A stretch of DNA of 64,000 bases from Tubiluchus corallicola. Taxonomy: Eukaryota; Animalia; Priapulida. Of the stretch, positions 23,761-37,395 are shown piece by piece. The DNA lies in NCBI GenBank assembly GCA_030141605.1, contig JAQGDQ010000003.1, positions 558,001 to 622,000 on the forward strand. Reading direction: 5' to 3'. A model generated the notes under the pieces. The model saw nothing but the letters and a program-made list of their open reading frames with translations, did not search any database and had not been told where the DNA came from. The stretch's first letter is position 1; the number at the start of each line of letters is the position of its first letter. The position numbers and the translations under genes were made by a program.

Positions 23761-25530
23761 TTTGACTTTGTCAGATCAAGTTAATTAAATCAACTTTAAA
23801 TGTACAACAAAGCTTGTGTAGAACTAGTAGCAACAATTCACTAATTATGCACGAAGACTTAAGATATTAAAAACCTTCGTCGCATCAGAAATCTGAACTA
23901 ACTTTCTCTGAAACGAAAAATAAGATTCGCCAGAGCAATGCAACCGAAAATTTACTTCTTAAGTGAATCGCGGTTCACTTGCCACGCCACCGACACTAAG
24001 TCAGTGTTGGACAACTTTAATTATTATTATCAGCCATTATAAAATTTGATTATTAATTTTCCAAAACGTTTACGAAAAATGCGCACATTTACCAATTTTA
24101 CCATTTCGACACAAGTAGTTTTGGCCACAATTATTATAATTATTTACCTATGCATATGTGCCTACATATAAATAGATTATTAGCTGGTTTCGAATTTTGA
24201 TCAGTGTCTGGCTTAATGCTAATCGTACTAGCGTTGTTTCTGACAATCTCTTTTAATGTCCTACCCATCTTAGCCTTCTGATTCTGGTTTTAGTGATCCA
24301 AAGATCTTATTTGATTCTTTTATCCAGCTGCTCATTTGAAGTGATATTATTGTCACTTTTTATTTTTACGATTTTTCTGAGTAGACCTCTGTGGAACTCG
24401 TCTATTTCTATTTCCCGAGTTACAGTCAAACCCTGGTGACATTTCGCTGTTGCACATGAAGATACTAGTTACATTTGCCTTGAAGAGTCGCAACCTTGTT
24501 CTGAAGGATAGTTTCTTGTTGATTAGTATTGTTTTATAATGATTAAAACTGTACATTTCTCACTGTTTCCTATATCACTTTTATATCATCTTCTGTGTTA
24601 TTGTAGTGAGCCCAAGTATTTGCAACGTTTCCAAGATTGATCTCCATCCCTTGAAATGTTATATTCTTTAGTTTTTGTATTGTTGACTTTGATTTTTTTA
24701 AATAATTTAGGATAGTAATTTGTGAAATACTCTAATAAATTGTCATTCTCATTGTCTACAACAAACGGAATGACACTTTGATGATGATGATGAGTAAATA
24801 TGATGAATGGTTTCCCCTCTTTGGTTACCGCGCAATTCCGCAAAGCATGAAGCCTTCGCATTTTTGCAAAACTGTACCCCTCATGTCTTAAGAAATACCG
24901 GCTTGGGATTCAGGGAGGTTTAGACCACTTTTACAGTAGGTGAAGCTTTTTACCCTTGAGCGGCAAATTACTAATCACAGTAGCGGCGCAGTTAAATTAA
25001 CGTAACTAGGGTTGTCACGTTTATTGGCTAAAGATGTTAAACGCTTACATGATCATTACTAAACGTTGCAATTTTGTTTATTCGCTATAACTGTAATCAC
25101 ATTAATTGATTACTGCTTCTAGATTTTCTTCCTTAACCTTTGGCTTTAATATGAATGCGTCCTATCCAGTCAAAGAAATAGGAAAAATGCGTATTGAACT
25201 ATGCCATGGACCTGCAATCTGATAAAATAACAGCTTACAAACGTGCTTAAAAAGGCTGCGTCAGATTAATTAGCATTAAGGTGAGATGAAAAATTGGGGC
25301 TAAGCAAGACTGAAACATAAATTAACGCATTATGGTTCACAGTTTTAAAAGCGTGTCATGATTTTACATCATTATAGCAAAATGGTATGCTTATTTTTGA
25401 AATTTATTTAATTTTTGATGGTTTATTTCGAGCTGTATTTCGTAATTTTTAATAAACATGGTGGCGTGGCTCGCGTCCTGGCGTGCATTATTCATACTAG
25501 TATAGTTTTTATTACAGCAGTTGCAGGTTT
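23761..25530. promoter_or_regulatory. Probable divergent promoter region for CDC5L (-) and OTC (+)
   Basis: Head-to-head gene orientation and locally CpG-rich patches (23750-24000, 24820-25500). The first OTC coding exon is preceded by an acceptor, implying an upstream non-coding exon. TSSs cannot be placed. Confidence 0.5.
24180..24770 (-). mobile_element. Degenerate RTE-like LINE fragment
   Basis: Broken frames encode KIKVNNTKT, CKYLGS and LSFRTRLRLFKANVTSIFMCNSE, typical of the RTE RT C-terminal region. Confidence 0.7.
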
Positions 25531-25699
25531 CATAGTTGGGGTATTTTCAGTTAATTTTTCTGTAGAAAAGCTGTTTTTATAGAAGAAAAGAAGCAAGAGA
25601 GGTTAGCATGTACAGAACACCACAGTACAGTTTAATATTAAGGTTAAAGCATAATGGTAGCTTGGCAGTTTCTGATGAAGATATCATAAAGCTTGTGTC

Positions 25700-26830
25700 G
25701 TAAGTGATTTCTTCTTCACGGTTTTTGTAAAAGAAGACACCAGCCAGCTTGTAGATGTTGAATTATCTACCGTGACTCATCGTCAGTTAGTTACCAAACA
25801 CAACCTTCACAAAGCAATAAAAAAATTCAACGAAAAGAAGTCCATTGAACCAGAAGAGATCCATCCCATTGTGATTAAGCAATGTGAGGAGGCTATTTCT
25901 ATGCCATACCCGACTATAATGAATAAAAGCTTACAAGACACCATTATCCCTGCTTCTTGAAGGTTAGTAATAATTGTCGCAATGTATGAGAAAAATCAAG
26001 CTAAAAACTTTTGACCAATTAGTCTTATCTCAATTATTTGTAAGCTCCCAGAAGGCACTGTCGGTGGCATCTAGAAACGCAACTTGTTGCATCTAGCACA
26101 GCATGGCTTCTGCTGTTGAAGATTTCGTATCACCAACTTTGTAGAATTAATGGTGGAGGAGTAGTCAGAAAAGTTAAATTCAAGGGACCAAGCGCATGCC
26201 ATTTACTTCGACTTTTTTAAGTTTTCTAACTGGGTTCCCCATGCACGCTTATTGAAGAAACTCTGAATATACGGTATTAGAATGATGATATGGCAATAGG
26301 TTCTCAGAGACAGAAAACAATATGTAGTTGTGAATGGAGAAAAACCTACATAGATCGTATCACGTCAGGAATTTCACAAGGCAGTGTCATCCGACCATTA
26401 TTATCTACACTTTGCATCAGCGCTTTGCCTGAACATCTAACTCAGCTGTACTGGTCATTTATCAATGCTATATCAATGCATTTAACCAGTGGTGAAACAA
26501 ATGGCAGATAAATTTCAATTTCGAAAAATGTAAGGCTATGATCATTGGCTATGATTTGTAGGGTTATTTCCTAACTCGTCATCGGCTCTTTTAATCAAGT
26601 TTCAAGTATCAACAACTTTTTAGTCAATAAAGAAACAGATCTTGGAGTCATTGTTGATCAGCAATCTTGATTTCTGGCCTTGTATCACCTATATTACAAA
26701 GCAAGCACACTATATGTTAACACTAATTAAGCACAACTTTAAAAGCATTGATAAAGCAATGCTCATGAAGTTATAAAAGTCTGCGGTCAGACTCATCTTC
26801 GACTTTGCAAATTCAAGCTATTGATAACAG
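25700..26830 (+). mobile_element. Decayed CR1-like LINE RT fragment, probably in the OTC 5' intron
   Basis: Stop- and frameshift-riddled frames with KSIEPEEIHP, QHGF, YFDF, SGISQGSVI, KCK and ETDLGV. Confidence 0.8.
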
Positions 26831-27302
26831 ATATCGATATGAGCGTAGTACTGAGTTTTCTGTTACTATATGCGTCAATGAAAGCCTGAAAGGGGTTTCT
26901 GAATTTTATACCAATGCTTCCAGAAGCCTTATTCTGCACTGAATTTTAAAAGTTAATATGGAAGTTTGAAATTTTAAACATTGACTTCTGTGTTAAAGAG
27001 TCACTGACTAGTCCATCATATCACATAGTTCCTGGTGGACAAGCTTAATTCAGCATCTTAATCAACCCATTTTGCGCATGATTCCATGATAGCAAAGACT
27101 GGTTATAATTAAATGTTTTAGAATTTTTTTCTACAGACAAAATAATAAGTTTAGCTGAAGTTGCTTTATTTAAATTTTGTTCTGAGTATTATTATTTATT
27201 ATGGAATTACAGTTATTCAACGGACAACCAAGCTTGATCCAGAGACATATGAGTTTGCATCAACATTAATAGAAGGCCATTGCTAATACATTTCCTGACA
27301 GT

Positions 27303-27847
27303 ATGAGGTTACTTTGCTTGACAGTTTCACATATAGCAAAGGTGTCTCTAGTGAGTGCCTCAACAAAATTAAATGCTAACAACTTCGGGATTACAACAAA
27401 GTGCTGGAACAGAGATATCTCAAGCTCATCGTAAGTTTAGTTGGTTCTTACGATGGTTCTTAAAATTAGTTTGCTGTTTGCAAGGCTCCATGTATGTGTG
27501 TTTTTATAAATTTTCTTTGAAATATGTAATCATTTGTAACAAAAATTCTGGGAAAATTAGTGCATTAAAAGACCTATCGTTTTTCTAGTGAAGTGTCAGT
27601 ATTAGTTTACCTGTTAGGCATGTTTGAATCTTTTGAAAATGTCTACAACAAGAATACTTAGTTTTACATTTGTGTTGTTGCATACATTATTTTCACATCC
27701 ACTCCAGTTACAAGCTTCCTATATACCTGCAGAAGAAGATCAACAGAGGGATTTTTATGCAGTTTTTTTAGTTATATTTTGCAAGCAAATTTATCTTTTA
27801 TCTGCATTTATATATATATACACACACACATATATATACATATACAT

Positions 27848-27922
<75 letters not shown>

Positions 27923-30900
27923 TATTTATCTACAAATATATATATAATGCAGATAAAAGACAAATTTGCTTGCAATATGTAGATAGATAGATCGATAGAT
28001 GGATGGATGCATAGATAGATAGATAAATAGATAGATATACGTGGTAGAAAAATATTGTGGAGCAGAAATATAAATAAATAATATTTTTAAAATCGTGTGT
28101 TATGCTTGTAAATGGTCTTTAGCTAGTGGTTGCTTTTGCTTTGTATTTAATCTAATATCTAGTGGTATAGAATTTTTTATATTTCTGGTCATTGCAGTCA
28201 TTGTTCTTTCTTCTCTACCTTAACCTTCTGTCCAAAACAAGCTGTGGTTTCAGCAAAAATAACCAAACTTATTCATAAAAAGAAATTTTCTTTATAGATA
28301 TTCCATCAAGGATCGTGACTTTTTGTCACTGAAACATTTTAATTCAAGTGAGATTGCACACATATTATGGACAGCAGCGGATCTGAAAAGCCGAATTAAA
28401 GCAAACAAAGAAGTAATAATTATTTGTTTAAAATTAAACACTATGAAACACTGTTTATGTCCAGAGGTGTAGCCAGGTTCTAAAGCTAGAGGAAGCAAGT
28501 ACACAAAAAAGGCGCCATGACACATAACAAACAATTTTTGTAATACCAAACATGCATAACTTTATTTCTAAGAATATATACTGTGTCAGCTGAGTTAAGG
28601 TCAAAGATCATTTGAAGGTCATTGCAGACATAAGCATCTATTTCATTTTGCAGTTATAGTTTTATCGATTATCGATAGTTCTAATTTGAAAACATGCTTT
28701 ATTATTTTTTAGTATTGTGCTTTGTTGCTCTTGTAAAGCATGTTGTTTTAGCAGTTCGCATTAATGTCTATGTGTAGTGCAAGCTCAGAAAACACTTAGC
28801 AAGCAGCAACAGAATTTCACAAATTATATAGAATTGCCCATAGTGGGATAACATTCTTTTTGTTTTAGTTTACCAATTTAACATTTACACTGTAAAGGTA
28901 AGAAGTTTTAAATTAAAAGTTAAACCATCAATTCCATTGATTAATATTGAAGTTCTTAATAGTGGTCTTTCTTCAGGTGTTTTTGCCACTCACTGGAAAG
29001 TCTTTGGCTATGATTTTTGAGAAAAGGAGCACAAGAACTCGAGTGTCTACGGAAATAGGTTTTGATTTTTTAAATAATTTTGTAAATAACGGATAATGGA
29101 TTCTAAGGTTAATCGACTTGGATATCATCAAAGCTTTTTTGCATAAGCACTAGCTGCACTTACACTACATATAAAATTACCTTTGTCTTTACAGTATGAA
29201 ACTGTTATATTAATTTACTTTTTTTCTGTTTTATGGTTCACTAGGCCATACTATTTGAACCTCATTGATCTAGTTGCAAATTATCATCGTTTAGCTTGTA
29301 GTGCTAATTTTAATATGTCATACTTGTGAAATTTTCCAATTTCCAACCTGGGCCCAGTTTCATCACTAACTTGATGACGTCGTTATTAATAGTTAAGTGA
29401 CTGTAATAACGACGTCCTTAACTTAGTGTCAATTTTGTGAAGACTGATTCCTTTTGTGTTAAATTCTTAGCAGAGAGATTTGTATTATTTTGATGTGGTC
29501 TGGCACGTTTATTGATCAATGATTTTCCTTTTGTCTACAAAATTAAGAGTGTTTGCACAAGTTCTGTGGTAATTGCCTCTTGAGCAAGTTGATTTTTTTG
29601 CTGTATTTTAACAAGTAGCAGGTTCTAGTTCTTTCATTTCATTTGCATATGAAATAGCTCAATGGGATGAAGAGAACATGTTTTTTGAAATTTTGATTTG
29701 TCTGTTTTATTGTGGCAGGTTTTGGGATTCTTGGTGGTCAGCCATGTTTTTTGACAACAAGCGATATCCATTTAGGAGTGAATGAATCACTTGCTGACAC
29801 TGCAAAGTTTGTGTTAATTTTTTCTTCACATTTATGATATTATATAAAATTGAAAGTAAGACAACACTGTACATATATTTTAGTCATTTTTTTGTAGCCA
29901 GCCAAAAATCTGACTGGATTGTGATGAATTTGGCATGATCACTCGGGCTACCAAGTTGCCTGATAGCGTTGTCCGACTTATTTAGTGTCTTTGCAGTTTC
30001 TTTGCAAAGCGTAAGAAACACAATTCTGATATGTTTCAATGTTTCATTTACAGTGGTTATCATATGTAATATTTACACCTAAAGATTTACATGCCCCCTT
30101 TGCTTGTCTGTCTCTTATGTTACACAATTAGGTTACATATTACATTGTTACATAGGTGCACCTGTAATAAGGGCACACAGACAAGCAGATCTTACCAGAA
30201 TAAGATCCTTTAATAAGAAAGAGTTGATTTAATTTTTCATATTTTGTAGCTAAATGTAGGAATTCCTTGCTTCCTGACCTTACGAATGTTTCTGTTCTGC
30301 AAGCATTTGAAAATATTTGAAAGCACATCTGTTTAAAAGTTATTACAGGCCACTTCTGAGTTCTGACTATGATAAGCTTTGACAGTGACCCGCTTTTTAG
30401 CTGAAATTCATTTGTTTGATTTGTGTGCTTTAGGCAGAATATTTTAGTAGCTTATTTGTTATGCAGTGTAATTAGTGGACTTAATGACTTCTTTATAATG
30501 CCATGGAAGGCATTTTTAGTCTTGACATTGCACATATTGTTATTATTATTATTGTTACATAATTAAGAACAAATTTGATAAATTTCATTTCAAGGCACAG
30601 TGCATAATTATGGAGCTGACATAATTGTCATTAAGAATTGAATGAGCACGACAACCCTGATATAAGCAGCAGCTCTCTCATTTGACTGTAAAGACAGGTC
30701 TGGAGAAGGTGGACTGACAAGGCTACTAAGTTCCATAGCTGGTACAGTAGTTAGTGAAGATTTGCTGGCTAGCCCATCACACTCTCTTTTCTTTGCTTTT
30801 CGCCTTTCTTTTTCTTTTTATGTTGCAGTTCTATAATGATAGTTTGTGAAGTGTATTATTTATGTAGGGTGCTGTCAGGGTTGTGTGATGTAGTGTTAGC

Positions 30901-33900
30901 CAGGGTATACAAGCATTCTGATCTAGAAACATTAGCTCAGCATGCAACAGTTCCTGTAGTTAATGGACTATCTGATTTATATCATCCACTGCAAGTTCTT
31001 GCCGACTGCCTAACTCTACAGGTGAGGTTTTCTTGTAGTTTTTTTTCGGTTGGAAACAAATGAATAGTTATAAAATTTTCAAAATACCAATATACTTTTC
31101 TGTTATTATTGAATTGCTGTTTGTTTTATTGTTGTTGGAACTACCACAACAGCACAATTAGGCAAGTAGTTGAAAATAATATTTTTTACAAACTGTGAGT
31201 TAAACCAGTATCTAAATCTGTCAGTTTATCATCTCTCACTTACATGACATTGTCCTGCCTCCTTCTAAAAGCACTTCCAATCATTAGCCAATAGCAAGTT
31301 CTAGATTGTGCACAGATGTAGAATTCTTGATATGTTGCTTGTTTTTTTTTATATTGTACAGCATTCACATTGCAGGAGCATTTTGGCAGAGTGAAGAGAT
31401 TAAAGCTGGCGTGGATCGGAGATGGGAATAACATGGCTCATTCATTCATGATGGGAGCACCAAAGTTAGGCATGCATCTGAGGATTGCTACACCCAAGGT
31501 GTTTTCCTTTTTGTGTTCATTTATTTGTTTGTGTTTCTATGACAATTTGATGAACTCACATTGACACTGTTTATGAAATAAGACTGGGATCATTACTGAC
31601 CCATTGAGACCCTGCTAAAGTTGAAACTCATATTGACTTTGTTTGTGAATACTAGATCAAGATCGAATCATGACTGACATTTAGGACCCTGCAGAAGGGT
31701 CATTTTAAATGATGTTACACTGACCAGTATCAAAAGTTTTTTTATAACAAAAGAATTAAAGTTTAAAAGTTAAAAACTCTAACTTTTTTCATACTATTAT
31801 AAGTCTGTGTGAGTTTATTTTGTAGTGGATTACAGTCCGCAATGAAAATTGGTTGCTCGTTTTATGTGCATTTGAATAATAACCGAAGAGTCGCATATTG
31901 TAGTTATTTACTCGCGCTGATTTATGGACATTAATTAACTCACACATTCTAACTGCTGCAGCAGGTAAGTAAGAAAGCATAACTGAAATCCAAAGAATGA
32001 TGGGAAACATAGTAACACTAGTCTTGAGCTTGCAAAGGAGCAATTTAGTTTGCACCAAATTAGATCAAAGTCTGTTAGTGTGAATAGTCTTTTGGCCTCA
32101 AGATGCATGTTTGTAATACTTTTTGCAGCAAAGCAGAGGTCGTTAGCAGTAAGATTGTAGCTGCTGGACTATAGCAGCAGGACATTCAAGTGCCTTTAAA
32201 GTGTAGAAATTTCCATAAAATGTGTTAGCACAACTAATTTTTGTAACATATGTCACCAATCTTTTTAAGCTCCTATTTATCATGCCAATACATGTAATTT
32301 TTGTTTGTTATCAAGGCCAAACGGCTATTTCCCGGTAGTTTCAATTTCTGCCAAGGCAATCTATCTAGATGGATACAAAAGTTATAATCATGCAAGACCA
32401 ATGCGACTATTTTCCTATTGCAAAGTGCAAACCATGGCCTGTCATAGTTAGCTATGGCAAATTTGTTGTAGTAATAAAAATACTATGTCAAGTGTTTTCA
32501 TTGTAGACTTTTTTTAGGGTTATGAGTGTAACGCAGATATAGTAAATGAAGGAATCAAGTTTGCCAGTCAAGTGAGTATTATATTTTAAATGTGGTAGTT
32601 TTTTTGTAGGTGTTTCTTTTATCGGGGGACAGTGTGTAATGTGTGTACATCGAAATTTGGCTGCATGTTTTTGCACAGCTCAATTACACCGAGTAAGCTG
32701 TTAACCAGCATTCGGTACCAGGGCTTACTTATTGTAATGATGATTTTGGTTCAACCGGAACCAATGATGAGTTTGGTACAACCGGAACCAATCTCATTTG
32801 CTCGGCAGCAAAATGAAACGTTAGTCAGTGTATGTAAGCCTGTCTTCAGCTATCTAGATTAAAAATTCCTGTTAGTATTAACAATAACAGAGTATTATGG
32901 ATCATTTAATAGTTTATGTCATTAATACTAGTAGTAGAATGCTCTAGTTAAATTATTTATTTTTCAGTTTCAAGAGTTATATGATTTAAATTCCAGACTG
33001 TAGTTTTTTCTTCATTCTCATTTATAAGCTTGTTTTACAGTGAAATTTTGTTTAACTTTCAGCATGGTACCGAAATGCATGTGACTCATGATGCCCAGGA
33101 AGCTGCATACAGAGCTGATGTTGTTATTACGGATACGTGGTTCAGTATGGGTCAGGAGGGAGATAAAAATCAACGTTTAAAAGACTTTGACGGATATCAA
33201 ATTGACAAGAAAGTAAGCATATTGCGAATCCCATCATAAGAAATCAAAAGGTGTCTGCGTTATGTACCATCTCTAAAACATAGGAAAAACAGAAACAAAA
33301 TCGCTCATTAATAGTACCACAGCAACGTGCATCCATCAACATGCCCTTCTTCAGCATGCACGTTTATTCAACTCCTGATTTCTGTTTAACTTCAGCTTTA
33401 TTTGTCACTAGATGATGACCCTGGTTTAGCAACTTCTGGTCTACATTCTGCTTTAACTAGATGCAGTATTCAACTGTCCTACGAATCCGTCACTATATTT
33501 CTAAAAAATATGCTTGCTCATTGGTTCTCTGCAGATCTTCTTGTCATCCATGACTAATTGTGCAGCATGTATTTCCTTGTTTGGATGATGCTTGCTATGA
33601 TTTAAGCTTAAAGTACATGCTTTCGATCAATACATATTCTTGGTAGTATGTGCTTTCTTTTGCTAACATCTTGCAATGATTCTTGGATGTGCATGCTCTA
33701 CTTCGGTAGCATGCAAATTCCATAGTAAAAAAATCAGTCAAACCACCATGCAGTACCTTATTGTTAGTAATTTTTCCAAATCTTGTCATTAAGAATTACT
33801 TCCATATTATTATGTTTTATATGTACCAGGTTCTTGTACAGCATGCATACAGAACTGGTACTTTTCATTCCACATTGTCCCTTCAGCAATTTTGCACGAT

Positions 33901-35012
33901 TGGTGTTGTTTTTACAAGACCCTGGTGGCTCTATATGAAGCTGGAATTTACATGTTTTCTAGGGAGCTGAGATTGTTTTGGAAAGAACTGGCACTATGAT
34001 CAGGAAATGAATTGTAAAATCATGGAACCGTGTAAATGGGAACAAAAGTGTAAAATACATATCTTTGTTTTATCAGAAATTTATTTATAGAAAGCCATTT
34101 GAAGTTGAACCAGTGAACAAGCCTGGCTGTCCCTGATTTACCACGATTAATGACATGATTTTGCCCACTTTACCATTTAGATGATGGATGTTGCCGATGT
34201 TGATGCTGTGTTTCTTCATTGTTTACCACGCAAACCTGAAGAAGTTACTGACGATGTGTTCTATAATAAACAGTCATTGGTCTGGAATGCCGCAGAAAAC
34301 AGAAAGTGGACTGTCATGGTATGTAGTCCTGTCCAATTACTAAAAATAATTCACTTCATAAAATAATTTAACCATTTAAAATTTTTGGTTACAGCTTTCT
34401 TTAGGTAGTTATTGCGTTGTAATTTCATTTTTTGTTCTGCATTATAAATTTGTCCTCATGTCCCATTTCACATAAACCCACACAACATGTGCCAATTTAT
34501 ACTTTTTAATGACAAGCACCTTTAAACTTGTTGTGATTTTGTGCAACTTAACTTATTTCAGATGTTTTGGCAATTAAGCAATCAATAAGAAATGAATTTT
34601 CTTCACCAAAAAATGAAATAATTTAATAAATGTTTACACACAAATCTCCTTGTTCTGATTTGCTTTGGATTATTCCCAAGTCGGTTTGATAGTTTTCTGA
34701 TGTGTTTATAATGATTGTCCAGTTTACTGTCTCGTAGAGGTTAGCTCAGCAAAGGCTCTGTAAGAGCACTGTTTTTCTTTTAAGGCAACCTAAATCCCTT
34801 ACATTTGCACTGCTTATAAGTAAAGTTCATTGATATTCAGTAAGCTGTGGTACAGGCAATAATATAAAAATTCTTTTGTGGAGCATAGCCCTCTTACTTT
34901 ACAACTGAGGGTAATAGTATCTTACATGACTTCTTTCTTGCAGGCATTGATGTTAAACTTACTGCAGGAATACAAACCCGGAATTCCTATGCCAACATTT
35001 AGTAAGGATTGA
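27303..35012 (+). CDS. OTC: Ornithine carbamoyltransferase, mitochondrial precursor, 10 coding exons
   Basis: Exons 27303-27430, 28298-28412, 28977-29058, 29719-29806, 30868-31021, 31376-31498, 32518-32571, 33063-33212, 34181-34318 and 34944-35012 join in phase. Motifs [33 protein letters not shown] and FLHCLP are intact. The N-terminal exon ([13 protein letters not shown]...RDISSS) looks like a mitochondrial presequence and is the least certain part. Confidence 0.96.
27810..28037. repeat. Compound (TA)n/(CA)n and (GATA)n microsatellite
   Basis: Seen directly: TA/CA run at 27810-27945 and GATA/GATG run at 27980-28037. Confidence 0.95.
29350..29446. repeat. Short palindromic foldback element (MITE-like) in an OTC intron
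   Basis: Arms 29364-29388 and 29404-29428 are reverse complements at 22/25 positions; outer ends cagtttca / tgaagactg are loosely inverted. Confidence 0.65.
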
Positions 35013-37395
35013 TATCAATATTGCAATAATACCAACTGTCAATAAAGAAGTCTGAGTGCCCATAGCAGCATAAATAATCTACCTCTGTTTCTTAGTATTG
35101 TTGTGTGTACAGCAAATATTAATGTGTAGATAGAAACTTACCTAAAATAGTTGTTACATAAGTTAGAAACTTTGGATCAAAGTTTGGATAGATAAGCATA
35201 CACATAATCACCTTGCAGATTTTTCTGCATTTACATTATTAATCACTGTTGCATGATAATCATTGTTGTTTCTATGTTCATGTTGTTTGTTTTGGAAATC
35301 ATGTTAATTAACCAGTTGTTAACATTGACATCGTCTACTGTAATGCAAGTAGAAAAGTGTACAAAGAAACGTTTATACAAAAGTGTTAACCTTTCATGGA
35401 AACTAAAAAAATAATTGTATCAGAAAATGGCAATGATAATATTTGTTATCTTTTAATGCTACAATAAATCGCGCACGTAAATCTTGTAATACTACAATAA
35501 AGCATGCAAGTCTTTGAGACCTTTGTATTATCTATCAGGTCACATTTTGTATCAGATTACAGATTTAAATTTTCATACACTGTTTTGTTAAAATTTTTAA
35601 AACATTCTGTAATGAGGAAATTATTGTTAACTTAAATATGTAGCAATCATTTAAAAAGCATTTTTGTTTTTTCTCCAATGAATGCTTTCTCTTCTAATTT
35701 GCAATATTTCTCTCCAATAATTAGGATGCAGTCTGGTAGCATATGTAGGAAAAACTTATGACAGTGTCTAAAATATTATACACTTTGGCCTATTCCTTCT
35801 TTGATTTTAAGGCCCTAGGCTTTAGCTTGACTAGTCGATAAGTAAATCAGGCAATGAATGTAAGTTGTATTACTAATTGCCTATATCAGATTATAAATGC
35901 AGCTAAACATGAAATAGACAATAGACAGTTCTTTATTTCTCAACAGTAAAACTTCATAATGGTATGTGTAGTAACAAAAACAAATTCCATATGCTGATGA
36001 CCATATACACATGTATGACATATTAGTGCAAAGATACATGAGGCTCTGCTTACAGTAAGATAATATAAAAGAACAGAATATTAAAATAGTACCGAATTGT
36101 GTTTTTCACACACTATAACAACTTTTATACAGTTTGCTGTAAGAAATTCTTGACCTGACAAACTGTGCATGTCCTGTACTACCCAAATTAACAAAAAAAC
36201 TCGGGACTTGTGAAGAATTGTCAAGAAGAGCCAAAAAGTGGTAAGCAAATAACTTAATTGCTTTGTCATCTCAAAAATTTCCTTTCTACAAATAATTACT
36301 AAGAATGCTAAAAAATTAGGCACGTTATTTAATAACCACAAACTTATATATGAGACATACATTATTATAATCAAAATGACAGATATGTACATGCTAATCT
36401 AAATTACACTGTGATCCGTATAAGTCCCAGATTTCCATGACTAATGCTAAATTTTGATGAGCTTGTTGATAAAACTGACTGACGGTTTCAAATAAAATAT
36501 ATTTACAAAATTAATGGTAACTTCAGTTTACCACTTAAATCTAGCAATTGTTACTGTTCATTCAACAGCTACCTGATTTCTCACATCTGCATCATTAGTG
36601 AGTCGTCAGCAGTTGACGACAGTTTATGGTGAGGGACTAGCAGGTGAATCATGTATGACAGAAGACCTCACAAACTCCTGAAGCACCGGATGGACATATT
36701 GGACAGTCAGCTACGTAATATGCAACACCCATTTATTCAACGTAATTTTTTCTTTTGGATTTCCCCCATCGTGAAACTGTACAGGTGTTAAAGACCTTTT
36801 TGCCAAATGGGAAATGAATAACAACCAGACCATGGTGCTCCTTGACAGCACCAGGTAGACAGTATGCAGCAAAGTTTCGCAAAACTAGGTAGGAAAATAT
36901 GAGAGAAACTTTGTGCTAAAATTTCATTTAAACTAAGGAAAGACAGCAAAAAAAGCTTTATTCAAATTCATCAGCCAGACAAGATACAGGCCACTTTTAT
37001 AATCTCTCTGATGCAAATTACTACTCTTAGCATGATTATGTCACTACGTTACAAAGCTAAAGCTATATACGAACAATACACTGTTTTTATGTACATTTAT
37101 ACAGAAATTATATACACTTGTGCATCAACCTTAAGAATTCTTTTGAATACACATATGGACAAGGCATTGCTAGTGTTACTACTGGCTCCTATTTTACACT
37201 TTCTTACCGTTATCATATTTTTTTATCTTATTTTCTTTTTAAAAACCAATTTCTAATGATTATATCTAAATTAGTGTACTATATGCAGGAAGCAACACAA
37301 TCAGTTCATCATAGTTATGCACAATGTTACAAATGCTAAGCAAATCCTGGAGAAGTGAGCATTTGCACTGTGGGCAAGCATTAATATGGTTAGCG

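Noticed and set aside
27624-27947. 107-aa ORF with YI repeats
   Set aside because: Translation of the (TA)n microsatellite.
32736-32842. ATGATGA boxes suggesting a C/D snoRNA in an OTC intron
   Set aside because: No downstream CTGA D box; the two boxes arise from a 27-bp tandem duplication inside a MITE-like element.
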